A DNA stretch of 64,000 nucleotides from Patescibacteria group bacterium (GTDB taxonomy: Bacteria; Patescibacteriota; Patescibacteriia; JBAZBY01): contig JBAZBY010000001.1 in assembly GCA_041671225.1 (NCBI GenBank), forward strand, positions 174,940 through 238,939. Direction: 5' to 3'. Shown here piece after piece: positions 11,267-20,577 of this stretch. The translations under genes and the position numbers were made by a program. Each line of letters starts with the position of its first letter. The stretch's first letter is position 1. The notes under the pieces were generated by a model, which worked only from the letters and a program-made list of their open reading frames with translations, was not told where the DNA came from and searched no databases.

Positions 11267-13093
11267 ATGTCCGCATTCCGCGATCGGTTCTCAAAAATAT
11301 TCAAACGCACCTCCCATTCAAGGAAGGACGCGGATTTTCATGAACTCCAGCAAGAGCGCGAAGACCGCCACAAGGAACTCATGAGCCGTCTTGGTGCCGC
11401 AAGGACGATTCCCACTCCTGCGCAGATCAGTATGGTTGGCCGTGTACTCTCTCCGCGTGAACTCACAATCATTCGCTTCCTTGTGGGACTTTTTTTTGTT
11501 TCCATCATCGTCCTTGGCGTGCGCTTTGTTGGACGTCATATTGAAACCGTTCCGAAGCCAGGCGGCAGCTACACCGAAGCTTTGGTCGGAATCCCGCAAT
11601 ACATCAACCCTATCTTCTCCCCGGCAAATGATGTTGATGAAGATTTGGAAACACTCATCTATTCCAGCCTCTTCACCTTTGATGAAAACTTCGGGCTTAT
11701 CTCAGACCTCGTGAGCACATGGGAGGTTTCTGAGGATCAAAAAACATACACCATCAACCTTCGTGAAGATGTTCGCTTCCATGACGGTGAGCAGCTCACA
11801 GCCGACGATGTTATCTTCACATTAGAAATGATCCAGGATGAACAGGTGAACTCCCCGCTCCATACGACCTTCCGCGGACTCAACATTGAGCGACTCGGCG
11901 ACTTCCAAATTCGTATCACGTTGAATGAAGTCTTTGCGCCATTCCTCTCTTCACTGACTTTTGGAATTTTGCCGGAACATCTTTGGGTACAAGTTCCTAT
12001 CTCAAACCTCACCTTGGTAGAATTCAACCTGAAGCCGATCGGCTCTGGCCCGTATCAATTTGATCAACTCACGCGCGATCAGCAAGGAAACGTTCTTTCC
12101 TATGGCCTCATCCGCAATGAAGATTACCACGGCATGTCGCCATATATTGAAAAACTGACATTCCGTTTTTACCCAGACTTTACAACGGCCATTGAAGCGG
12201 CAAGGCAAAAAAAAGTGCAGGGCATATCCTTTATTCCAAGCGATCTCCGCAATGAAGTGGAAGATATTGACCGCATGCGCGTTGAATCGCTGCATTTACC
12301 CCAATACACCGCACTCTTTTTCAACCAAAAGAAACAGTCAATACTTGCAGATGATACCGTTCGTATTGCGTTAGCGTTGGGTATTGATCGCGAAAGACTT
12401 ATCCGCGAGGTGGTCGGTGGCGATGGTGAGATCATTGACTCTCCGATCCTACCAGGATTTCTCGGGTATAATCCTGAAATCAAAAAACGTCTCTACGAAC
12501 CAGATGAAGCGCGGCGCATTCTCACTGACACTGGCTGGCTCCCAGACCCAGAAACGGACATCCGCTTCAAGGGAGACAAAGAACTCAAATTGGTCATCAC
12601 GACAGTTGACCAATCATCAACAATGCTCGCCGCGGAGATTGTTGCAGAAAACTGGCGCAACATTGGAGTGAATGTTGAGATCCGAAAAGTAGAGACGCGA
12701 CGCATCCAAAAAGATGCTATTGAGAGCCGCGACTACGAGGTGCTGCTTTTTGGAGAAATTATCGGCGCGGATCCGGACCCCTATGCCTTTTGGCACTCAT
12801 CACAACAGACGCACCCGGGCCTGAACCTCGCTATCTCCTTTAATAAACAGATTGATAAAGTTATTGAACAGGCGCGCACCACGACCAGTGCGGATGAGAG
12901 AAACCTGAAATATCTTGAATTCCAGAACTTGCTCGCGGAAGATCTGCCTGCTATCTTCCTCTATTCACCAAACTATCTTTATGGGATATCCAAGAGCGTT
13001 CATGGATTCCCGTTACAGAGTATTATCGTGCCGCAGGATCGCTTCCGCGGTATCGAAGAATGGTACGTGAAGACCCAATTAGAGTGGGTCTAA
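11267..13093 (+). CDS. ABC transporter substrate-binding protein, family 5 (OppA/DppA-like), N-terminally membrane-anchored
   Basis: 608 aa; an N-terminal cytoplasmic segment plus TM (LVGLFFVSIIVLGV), then SBP_bac_5-like length and composition. Confidence 0.8.
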   Translation: MSAFRDRFSKIFKRTSHSRKDADFHELQQEREDRHKELMSRLGAARTIPTPAQISMVGRVLSPRELTIIRFLVGLFFVSIIVLGVRFVGRHIETVPKPGGSYTEALVGIPQYINPIFSPANDVDEDLETLIYSSLFTFDENFGLISDLVSTWEVSEDQKTYTINLREDVRFHDGEQLTADDVIFTLEMIQDEQVNSPLHTTFRGLNIERLGDFQIRITLNEVFAPFLSSLTFGILPEHLWVQVPISNLTLVEFNLKPIGSGPYQFDQLTRDQQGNVLSYGLIRNEDYHGMSPYIEKLTFRFYPDFTTAIEAARQKKVQGISFIPSDLRNEVEDIDRMRVESLHLPQYTALFFNQKKQSILADDTVRIALALGIDRERLIREVVGGDGEIIDSPILPGFLGYNPEIKKRLYEPDEARRILTDTGWLPDPETDIRFKGDKELKLVITTVDQSSTMLAAEIVAENWRNIGVNVEIRKVETRRIQKDAIESRDYEVLLFGEIIGADPDPYAFWHSSQQTHPGLNLAISFNKQIDKVIEQARTTTSADERNLKYLEFQNLLAEDLPAIFLYSPNYLYGISKSVHGFPLQSIIVPQDRFRGIEEWYVKTQLEWV

Positions 13094-13152
13094 AAGCACG
13101 GCCATCGTTCATTCTTAATCACGAACACAAATAACAGCGACCCCCAAGTGAG

Positions 13153-13239
13153 GGGCGAGTGGCGGAATTGGTATACGCGCACGGTTCAGAGCCGTGTTCC
13201 CTCACGGGATTGGAGGTTCGAGTCCTCTCTCGCCCACCA
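13153..13239 (+). tRNA. tRNA-Leu (anticodon CAG), class II with long variable arm, CCA encoded
   Basis: Cloverleaf folded by hand: acceptor GGGCGAG/CTCGCCC, anticodon stem CACGG/CCGTG with loop TTCAGAG, T-arm GGAGG-TTCGAGT-CCTCT, discriminator A plus CCA. Confidence 0.85.
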
Positions 13240-13268
13240 CATGTGGGTCGCACAAAGGAAAAAAATAC

Positions 13269-15116
13269 ATGACCCAACAAAAACAATCCCGCGAACCGGG
13301 ATCCCGCCCTGTGGGACAACCACATCGAGGACCGCGACATCATGGCTCTGCGCAACAAGGCGGCCGTCATCGCGGACGACACGGCCAAAAACCATCCTAC
13401 GCACCACGAGGATTCAAGCCTACATCACAAAAAAATACCCCCGCACAGAATGCAGGAAAGCTTCGTATTATCCCGCTCGGTGGTATGGAAGAAGTCGGGC
13501 GCAACAGCATCTTACTGGAATACGGCAACGACATCATCATGATTGACTGCGGATTGCAGTTCCCTGAAGAAGACATGCCGGGCATTGATTATGTTATCCC
13601 AAACATCTCGTATCTAAAGGGCAAGGAAAAAAATGTACGCGGGGTATTGATCACGCATGGCCACTATGACCACATCGGCGGCATCCCGCACATTGTTCCA
13701 AAAATCGGCAACCCTATTGTCTACGGAACAGACCTCACGCTCGGCATCATTAAAAAGCGCCAGGATGACTTCCAGGCGCTCGGCACGCCGCGTCTTCAGA
13801 TCGTCACCAACAAGACCAAACTCAAGCTTGGCGTGTTTAAGGTTGAATTCTTCGGCGTCTCACACAACATCCCCGGCTCACTCGGTATCATCATCGACAC
13901 GCCAGTTGGCAAAATTGTACACACCGGCGATTTCAAGCTCGACCGCAACCCGGTTGGTGACCGCCCAATGGACTTTGCACGCATCAATCAACTTGGCAAC
14001 GAAAACGTCGTCTTCTGCATGGCAGACTCAACCAACGCATCCCGGCCCGGCCGACAATTCAGCGAGCAGGAAATTCAAGGAAATCTCGAAGACCTCTTTA
14101 AGCAGGCAAAAGGGCGCATGATCATCGGTACGTTTGCTTCGCTCATTGCGCGTTTGCAACAGATCATCTGGTTTGCAGAGAAGTACAACCGCAAGGTGGT
14201 GGTAGAGGGCTATTCCATGAAAACGAATATTGAGATCGCCAAAGAACTCGGCTACATCAAAGCGAAGAAGGATACGCTCATTGACGTCAAAGCAATGAAG
14301 AACTACCCGGCAAACCGTATCACCATTATCTGTACCGGTGCGCAGGGTGAAGGCCGTGCCGTGCTCATGCGTATCGCGAACCGCGAACATAAATTCATCA
14401 AGATCGAAAAGGGCGATACCGTCATCTTCTCGTCATCCGTCGTGCCAGGTAATGAGCGCTCCGTACAGCGACTCACTGACTCGCTGTATCGTGAAGGCGC
14501 AGAAGTGATCAATTACCGCTTGATGGACATTCATGCCGGCGGACACGCGTTGCAAGAGGACCTCATAGAATTCAACAAGATGGTACGGCCAAAATGGCTC
14601 ATGCCTGTTGAGGGAAATCATTCATTCCACCATCATCACAAAAAAGCAGTCGTACAAGCAGGATTCCCCGAAAAAAATGTTCTCATTGTTGATAACGGGC
14701 AAGTGGTCACTCTCGACAAAGGCGGCAACGCGCTCATCACCAAAGAACGCGTGGACGCAGACTACGTCTTTATTGACGGGCTCGGCATAGAGAATCTTGA
14801 TGCGGTGGTCGTTCGTGACCGTCGCGAACTGGCAGACGAAGGTATGGTCGTTATCATCGTGCGTATCCAGGGGAAGACCGGAAAACTCATCGGCCGCCCA
14901 GACATCATCACGCGTGGATTCATCTATGTAAAAGAAAGTCGCAAGCTCATGGATGAAACCATCAAAGAAGTGAAAAGGATTACGAGCGACCGCGAACCGC
15001 GATCCAGTGCCAATGACCGCTATATCCGCGACAATCTTCGCGACGAACTTGGCAAATTCTTCTTCAAAAAGACCGAACGCCGGCCAATGATACTTCCGGT
15101 GGTAATTGAGGTATAA
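13269..15116 (+). CDS. rnj: Ribonuclease J (metallo-beta-lactamase/beta-CASP family) with an Arg/Gly/Pro-rich ~60-aa N-terminal extension
   Basis: HGHYDHIGG motif and beta-CASP and C-terminal domains. ATG 13269 is preceded by AAGGA; the upstream part of the track ORF overlaps the tRNA and is rejected. Confidence 0.9.
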   Translation: MTQQKQSREPGSRPVGQPHRGPRHHGSAQQGGRHRGRHGQKPSYAPRGFKPTSQKNTPAQNAGKLRIIPLGGMEEVGRNSILLEYGNDIIMIDCGLQFPEEDMPGIDYVIPNISYLKGKEKNVRGVLITHGHYDHIGGIPHIVPKIGNPIVYGTDLTLGIIKKRQDDFQALGTPRLQIVTNKTKLKLGVFKVEFFGVSHNIPGSLGIIIDTPVGKIVHTGDFKLDRNPVGDRPMDFARINQLGNENVVFCMADSTNASRPGRQFSEQEIQGNLEDLFKQAKGRMIIGTFASLIARLQQIIWFAEKYNRKVVVEGYSMKTNIEIAKELGYIKAKKDTLIDVKAMKNYPANRITIICTGAQGEGRAVLMRIANREHKFIKIEKGDTVIFSSSVVPGNERSVQRLTDSLYREGAEVINYRLMDIHAGGHALQEDLIEFNKMVRPKWLMPVEGNHSFHHHHKKAVVQAGFPEKNVLIVDNGQVVTLDKGGNALITKERVDADYVFIDGLGIENLDAVVVRDRRELADEGMVVIIVRIQGKTGKLIGRPDIITRGFIYVKESRKLMDETIKEVKRITSDREPRSSANDRYIRDNLRDELGKFFFKKTERRPMILPVVIEV

Positions 15117-15123
15117 TAGACAT

Positions 15124-16104
15124 ATGGCAAAAGTATTCTCCGGCGTACAGCCCAGCGGCAAGCTCCATCTCGGTAATTACCTTGGCGCCTTCCGTCAATG
15201 GATTGATCTGCAAAGTACCCATGAGGCGATGTATTGCATCGTGGATCTGCATGCGGTCACCGTGCCCTATGATCCCAAAACACTGCCGCAGCGAACCTTT
15301 GAAACCGCCGTGGATCTTCTTTCAATCGGCCTGGATCCAAAAAAGATAACGCTCTTCGTGCAATCACAGGTACACGAGCACGCGGAGCTGGCATGGCTTC
15401 TTGGGACCATCACGCCGCTGGGGGAACTGGAACGCATGACGCAATTCAAAGACAAAAGCCATGGTAAAGCGAAAGGAACGGCACTCACCGGCCTGCTCAC
15501 ATACCCTGTGCTGATGGCGGCAGATATCTTGCTCTACAAAGCGGATGTGGTGCCTGTAGGCGAAGACCAACTCCAGCACATTGAGCTCGCCCGCAAGATC
15601 GCGCGAAAGTTCAACAATCAATTTGGGATGACCTTCCCTGAGCCACGGCCGCACCTCATGAAGCCATTGCGCATCATGTCATTGGAGGATCCTGAAAAGA
15701 AAATGTCGAAGAGCGACAGCGAAAAGGGCTACATTGCGCTCTCTGATGAACCGAGCATGATCGAAAAAAAGATCAAGGCGATGCCATCAGCAACGGCTGG
15801 CGGCGGAAGCGTTATGACGCCGGGCGTAGAGAATATTTTTGCGCTTATGCGAGAGTTTATTGATGTCGCGACTGTTGAACAATATATTGAACAAGAAAGA
15901 AAAGGCACTATTCAATACGGCGAAGTCAAACGTGTGCTTGCAGAAGCGATCGCCGATTCACTTGCGCCATTCCGCGAAAAACGCGCAAAGCTGCTTAAGA
16001 GAAAAGGTACAGTTGCGGACATCCTTGGTGACGGTGCAAAAAAAGCACGCAAGCAGGCGGAAGAAACACTTGCCGAGGTAAAGGAAAAAATGGGGATTGT
16101 ATAG
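15124..16104 (+). CDS. trpS: Tryptophan--tRNA ligase
   Basis: Class I aaRS; HLGN (HIGH-type) near the N-terminus and KMSKS present (KKMSKSD). Confidence 0.93.
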   Translation: MAKVFSGVQPSGKLHLGNYLGAFRQWIDLQSTHEAMYCIVDLHAVTVPYDPKTLPQRTFETAVDLLSIGLDPKKITLFVQSQVHEHAELAWLLGTITPLGELERMTQFKDKSHGKAKGTALTGLLTYPVLMAADILLYKADVVPVGEDQLQHIELARKIARKFNNQFGMTFPEPRPHLMKPLRIMSLEDPEKKMSKSDSEKGYIALSDEPSMIEKKIKAMPSATAGGGSVMTPGVENIFALMREFIDVATVEQYIEQERKGTIQYGEVKRVLAEAIADSLAPFREKRAKLLKRKGTVADILGDGAKKARKQAEETLAEVKEKMGIV

Positions 16105-16125
16105 GAAAGTTCGTAGTTCGTAGGA

Positions 16126-16160
16126 AGAGCGCAGGGAACCGTGGGGGTTTAAGTTCTCTG
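16126..16160. terminator. Hairpin (9-bp stem with one G-U) between convergent trpS and the small ORF; weak terminator candidate
   Basis: GCAGGGAAC..GTTCTCTGC; no strong U-tract on either strand. Confidence 0.3.
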
Positions 16161-16167
16161 CTCGCCT

Positions 16168-16359
16168 CTATGCCTGCTCTATCATGAAGATGTTTCTCTT
16201 GTTGAAGAGAATGGTTTTTGTATCCCCTTCTTCCTGCGCCTCAAGCATCAGATTTCTTTCATTCACATCTGTAACGATTCCCTTTCTGTGCGTACCCGTG
16301 CTTGAATAGACCTTCACCTTCTGTCCGATGAAGCTCTGCATATTTTCTATCTCACTCAT
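16168..16359 (-). CDS. Small protein (63 aa), possibly Sm/KOW-like beta-barrel
   Basis: GQKVKVYSSTGTHRKGIVTDVNERNLML resembles an SH3-like barrel; it has its own strong promoter. Confidence 0.5.
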   Translation of the reverse strand: MSEIENMQSFIGQKVKVYSSTGTHRKGIVTDVNERNLMLEAQEEGDTKTILFNKRNIFMIEQA

Positions 16360-16389
16360 GTTTTTTTGTTTTACTTTTTATCGCAAAAA

Positions 16390-16418
16390 AGTATAGCACC
16401 AAAATCGGCCATCGTCAA
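16390..16418 (-). promoter_or_regulatory. Promoter of the 63-aa ORF (TTGACG-17-TATACT)
   Basis: Complement of 16413-16418 and 16390-16395; A-rich leader with no SD. Confidence 0.5.
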
Positions 16419-16423
16419 TCTCC

Positions 16424-17215
16424 TTACACTCTCTCGCTGCTCGCCTCTTCAAAATTCACCTTCTGCCCCAAAAACCGCGCGGCGGTTTCTTTTGCGTGTG
16501 GTGTGATATCTGAAAGGAAGAAACGTGACGCACCTTTGCACTTCTGCGCATGTTCCGGGTGCGCTTTGAAATGCTCCGCAACAACACGCGCAGTCTCAAC
16601 GGCTGGATCAACGAGCTGCACGCGCTTGCCTGCCTTCTGTTGAATCACATCATGCAATAATGGGTAATGCGTGCAACCGAGAATCATGGTATCCACTTGC
16701 TCCTGTTGAAAGGGTAATAAATACTTCTTCACAATCTGCTTGGTCTCTGGCTTGCCCGCCCAGCCTTCTTCAACGAGAGAAACCAAAAGCGGTGTTGCTT
16801 TTGTCTGCACAAAAAGCTTCTTATCTTCTTGCTTTAAAAGGCGCTCATAAATTCCGCTTCCAATGGTCGTACGCGTACCAATCACGCCGATTTTTTTGTT
16901 CTGCGATGTTGCGGCTGCCGCGTGAATCACTGGCGTGATCACGTCAAAGATGGGCACAGCAGGAAATTCCTTCTTTAAGGCATCCACCGCGATAGACGAA
17001 GCAGTATTACAACCAATCACAATCACTGTGGCACCATGCTCCAACAAAAAATGCGTGTTTTCGATTGCATACCGCGTCACTGTCTCTGCACTTTTGTCGC
17101 CGTATGGGTATCGCGCTGTATCGCCAAAATACACAATGCCAAAATCCGGCAATTCACGCATCAACTGCTTCACCACGGTGAACCCCCCAATGCCTGAATC
17201 AAAGACGCCGATCAT
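16424..17215 (-). CDS. murI: Glutamate racemase
   Basis: MIGVFDSGIGGFTV...GCTHYPLL are the typical MurI motifs. ATGA overlap with pgm indicates translational coupling. Confidence 0.93.
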   Translation of the reverse strand: MIGVFDSGIGGFTVVKQLMRELPDFGIVYFGDTARYPYGDKSAETVTRYAIENTHFLLEHGATVIVIGCNTASSIAVDALKKEFPAVPIFDVITPVIHAAAATSQNKKIGVIGTRTTIGSGIYERLLKQEDKKLFVQTKATPLLVSLVEEGWAGKPETKQIVKKYLLPFQQEQVDTMILGCTHYPLLHDVIQQKAGKRVQLVDPAVETARVVAEHFKAHPEHAQKCKGASRFFLSDITPHAKETAARFLGQKVNFEEASSERV

Positions 17216-18999
17216 GCTTCTCCTTGTGCGTTGTTATATGCGAGTATCTCTTTTACCATCCGATCTACCTCGGCGTCAATTCGCGCACGCGTTTCCTCCA
17301 ATGTTCCCTCAATAGAAGAAAAATACTGGAAGTAACATTTGACCATAGGCTCTGTACCGGAAGGTCGGACCGTTACGCGATTCCGTCCATCCTCACTCAA
17401 AACAAAAGCAATTTGATCGCCAGTGCGCCCCACATTATATTTCTCTTTGGTACGTTGTTCTTCTGGCAGACGATCCACAATCTTCAATACCGGGTATCCT
17501 GCAATCTTTTTGGGAGGATTTGCACGCAGGCCAAGCATAATTTTCTCCTTGCGCTTGAATCCCTCTTTCCCCTTCATTTCCATATACTTCAAAACTGTTT
17601 TGTAATATCCATATTCCTGATAAATCTCATCCAAATATTGTGCGAGTGTTTTGCCCTGATCCCGTAATACCGAGACGAGTTCACAAAGCAACAGCGCGGC
17701 GATAGATGCGTCTTTATCTCGCACAAACGTCCCCACCAAATACCCGAGGCTTTCCTCTGCACCAATGACAAACGTATCCTTGTTCTCCAACTTCTCAATA
17801 ATCTCCCCGATAAATTTAAAACCAACAAGCAAGTCATCCTCTATACGCACGTTAAATGCCTTTGCAATATCACTAATCAGCGTTGAGGTGACATTGGTCT
17901 CCACTACGAGATGTGCAGGCGTAAGCATTCCCTTCTGCTTCAACTCCGTAAGAAGATAATGGACCAACGCGGTGCCGACTTCATTACCATTGAGGTGCAG
18001 CATAGCAGTGCCATCCATCGTCATCTTCGTGGCAACGCCTAACCGGTCGGCATCCGGGTCTGAGACAATCGCAATATCTGAGCCTTGCTGCTCTGCCTGC
18101 TGCAATGCCATGGCAATCACTTCATCAAACTCCGGGTTAATGAGATCACTTGTAGCAGTAGAAAAGTTTTCATCCGGCTCGCGCTGTGCTTCAACAACAG
18201 AAAGGTGAAAACCCTCTTGCGTCAACACCGGGAGTACATTTGTGGAACCAGCGCCATGCATCGGACTATAGACGATATGCGCTGAGCGGCTGGAATTCAT
18301 GGAAAGTCCCCGTACTGCAACGATGTAAGCTTCATCAGTCTCCGTAGAGACGTCGTGCAAAAGCCCCTTATCTCGCGCATCTGCGGCCGTCATATGAGTG
18401 ATACGTTCCACGTTATTCACCAAATCCATGAACTTCAAATCCAGTGGCGGAACAACCTGGCCACCGTCCGCCCAATAAAATTTGAAGCCGTTGTCTGTGC
18501 GTGGATTATGCGACGCGGTAATCATTACGCCAGCTGTTGTGCTGAGATGACGAATAGCAAATGATACTTCCGGTGTAGAACACAAATGAGGAAAGAGATA
18601 TGCTCGAATGCCATTTGCAGCAAAAACTTCAGCACTGAGCTCGGCAAACTCCCGTGCTTGCCTGCGGACTTCATATCCGATCACGACTCCCTTCGCCACC
18701 GCATCCTCTCCAAAATCATGAATAAACTGCGAGAGGCCCTGTGCCGCCTCACTAATAGTGCGGCGGTTCATGCGGTTCGGACCAACACCAAGCGTTCCGC
18801 GGATTCCACCCGTACCAACCATAATATGCATATAGAAATGATCCTCAATCGCTTTCCAGTCACCCTCAGCAATAAGCTCCTTAATAGCAGGAACAAACTC
18901 TGCAAATGCAGGATCCGTAAGCCAGCGCTCTAAATTTACAAGCGCTTCAGAAGAGAGGTGCTCGCGAGCTCCCCCTAAAATTTGTAGTTCTTCTGCCAT
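17212..18999 (-). CDS. pgm: Phosphoglucomutase/phosphomannomutase (alpha-D-phosphohexomutase family, PgcA-like)
   Basis: GTGGIRG and active-site TASHNPRTDNGFKFY. Start taken at MAEELQ (18999), overlapping TAATG with the upstream gene. Confidence 0.88.
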   Translation of the reverse strand: MAEELQILGGAREHLSSEALVNLERWLTDPAFAEFVPAIKELIAEGDWKAIEDHFYMHIMVGTGGIRGTLGVGPNRMNRRTISEAAQGLSQFIHDFGEDAVAKGVVIGYEVRRQAREFAELSAEVFAANGIRAYLFPHLCSTPEVSFAIRHLSTTAGVMITASHNPRTDNGFKFYWADGGQVVPPLDLKFMDLVNNVERITHMTAADARDKGLLHDVSTETDEAYIVAVRGLSMNSSRSAHIVYSPMHGAGSTNVLPVLTQEGFHLSVVEAQREPDENFSTATSDLINPEFDEVIAMALQQAEQQGSDIAIVSDPDADRLGVATKMTMDGTAMLHLNGNEVGTALVHYLLTELKQKGMLTPAHLVVETNVTSTLISDIAKAFNVRIEDDLLVGFKFIGEIIEKLENKDTFVIGAEESLGYLVGTFVRDKDASIAALLLCELVSVLRDQGKTLAQYLDEIYQEYGYYKTVLKYMEMKGKEGFKRKEKIMLGLRANPPKKIAGYPVLKIVDRLPEEQRTKEKYNVGRTGDQIAFVLSEDGRNRVTVRPSGTEPMVKCYFQYFSSIEGTLEETRARIDAEVDRMVKEILAYNNAQGEA

Positions 19000-19661
19000 T
19001 ATACGTACCCCTTTCTCATTGCTTCCTGCTTCACGCGCAACACTGCGCCTGCGGCCCAGAGCACAAAGAAAATCTTCACGAGAAGCGTGAGGCCAAGAAC
19101 AACAGCATGCACGTTGCCAGTAAAAAAATCCGGGAGCCAATCAAGGGTAACAACCCAAAGCGTCCCGCCAATGACGAGTTGCCAGAACTGCGGAATATTC
19201 TTATTGGGAAGAAGACGCTCATTGAGTGCGCGGCCGACCCACAATGCTGCAAAAACCAGTGAACTGAGCAACAGCATCCCCCATGCGGCACCGAGAAACA
19301 ATGCCAATGGAATGCCAATGAATGTCAGGCCAATCGCAACCAAACCAAAGGGTGCCAGGAAGACGCCAAGAAGCCCCCAAGAAAAATTGCGGAGCACGTC
19401 AGTATCCATTGCTGCGATTGTTTTCTGTGAAAAACCGGACGTGAAGAAAAAGAGCACTGCACCAAGCGCAAACAACCCAAAGAGTTCAATCACCCGTTCC
19501 AGCCAAATACCAGAAACCGTTTCGCTGAATAGGCGGTCAAAATCTTGTAAGCTTGCATCAACTCCGCCGTCAAAAAGACTATCAGGGAGAGACGCGCCCG
19601 CTGGAGTTGCGATAGAAAAGGTTAGTATTACTGCGAAAATGAAGATAGTGAGTGCCTTCAT
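18999..19661 (-). CDS. Hypothetical integral membrane protein (signal peptide plus ~4 TM), first gene of the membrane protein-pgm-murI operon
   Basis: Start MKALTIFIFAV at 19661 with GGAG SD and an upstream TTGAAA-16-TATACT promoter; strongly hydrophobic segments. Confidence 0.6.
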   Translation of the reverse strand: MKALTIFIFAVILTFSIATPAGASLPDSLFDGGVDASLQDFDRLFSETVSGIWLERVIELFGLFALGAVLFFFTSGFSQKTIAAMDTDVLRNFSWGLLGVFLAPFGLVAIGLTFIGIPLALFLGAAWGMLLLSSLVFAALWVGRALNERLLPNKNIPQFWQLVIGGTLWVVTLDWLPDFFTGNVHAVVLGLTLLVKIFFVLWAAGAVLRVKQEAMRKGYV

Positions 19662-19731
19662 ACGCTCCAGTATACCCGAGAAATCCCTTTTTTCAAAGGT
19701 GAAAAGCGCGTGGTACACTAAGGAGCGCCTT

Positions 19732-20577
19732 ATGACATTTCTTGCAACTGCAACGCCGCCTGAGGTTCTCTTAACCCTCGGCGGGCTCACTATTCATTGG
19801 TATGCCTTCTGGATCACCCTCGGTGCGATTGCTGGTTTTTTGCTCCTCAAAAATCGTGCACGTGTGGCCGGCATCACAAACGAACAAACACTTGATATCA
19901 CACTCCTCGTCCTCATCTTTGGATTCATTGGTGCACGACTGTATCATGTATTCAATGAACCAATATACTATCTTGAACATCTCAGCGAAATTCCGGCCAT
20001 ATGGAACGGCGGCATGGCCATCCACGGCGGCATACTTGCCGGCGCGGTCGCGCTGTGGTGGTATGCACGCAAAAAAGGCCATGCCCTGAACCCGACGAGC
20101 TCCGTGAGGAGTGGTGCGGGGTTGTCATTCCTCTCACTCCTTGATACCGTAGCTCCAGCATTACTCCTCGGCCAGGCCATCGGCCGCTGGGGAAATTACT
20201 TCAACCAGGAACTTTTTGGTGGCCCCACTGAACTCCCGTGGAAGCTTTTCATCGCCGCGGAACATCGACCCGAGGGCTATGAAAACACATTGTTCTTTCA
20301 CCCAACATTTCTCTATGAATCACTTGGCCTGTTCGTGATTGCTGCTGCGCTTCTCTTCTTCTGGAAGCGCTTCCGTGCACCTGGCATGATGGCCTTCAGT
20401 GCGCTGGCGGCATCGCAAATTCTCCGTTTTGGCACAGAAACGCTCCGCATCGACCGAACGCCTGAGATTCTTGGGGCACGGCTACCGCTGCTCATGAGCA
20501 TCATCCTCTTCATTGTTTCACTTATCGCGCTATTATACATTCATCGCCATGCAACACCTTCAACAAACAGATCCTGA
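19732..20577 (+). CDS. lgt: Prolipoprotein diacylglyceryl transferase
   Basis: Lgt signature GRWGNYFNQELFG and multiple TM segments. AAGGAG SD lies 7 nt before the ATG at 19732. The upstream part of track ORF 19087-20577 is antisense to the neighbouring operon and rejected. Confidence 0.9.
   Translation: MTFLATATPPEVLLTLGGLTIHWYAFWITLGAIAGFLLLKNRARVAGITNEQTLDITLLVLIFGFIGARLYHVFNEPIYYLEHLSEIPAIWNGGMAIHGGILAGAVALWWYARKKGHALNPTSSVRSGAGLSFLSLLDTVAPALLLGQAIGRWGNYFNQELFGGPTELPWKLFIAAEHRPEGYENTLFFHPTFLYESLGLFVIAAALLFFWKRFRAPGMMAFSALAASQILRFGTETLRIDRTPEILGARLPLLMSIILFIVSLIALLYIHRHATPSTNRS

Noticed and set aside
19087-19731. N-terminal two thirds of the 496-aa ORF 19087-20577
   Set aside because: Only the segment from the ATG at 19732 (with AAGGAG SD) matches Lgt. 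The upstream part is antisense to the membrane protein and pgm genes.
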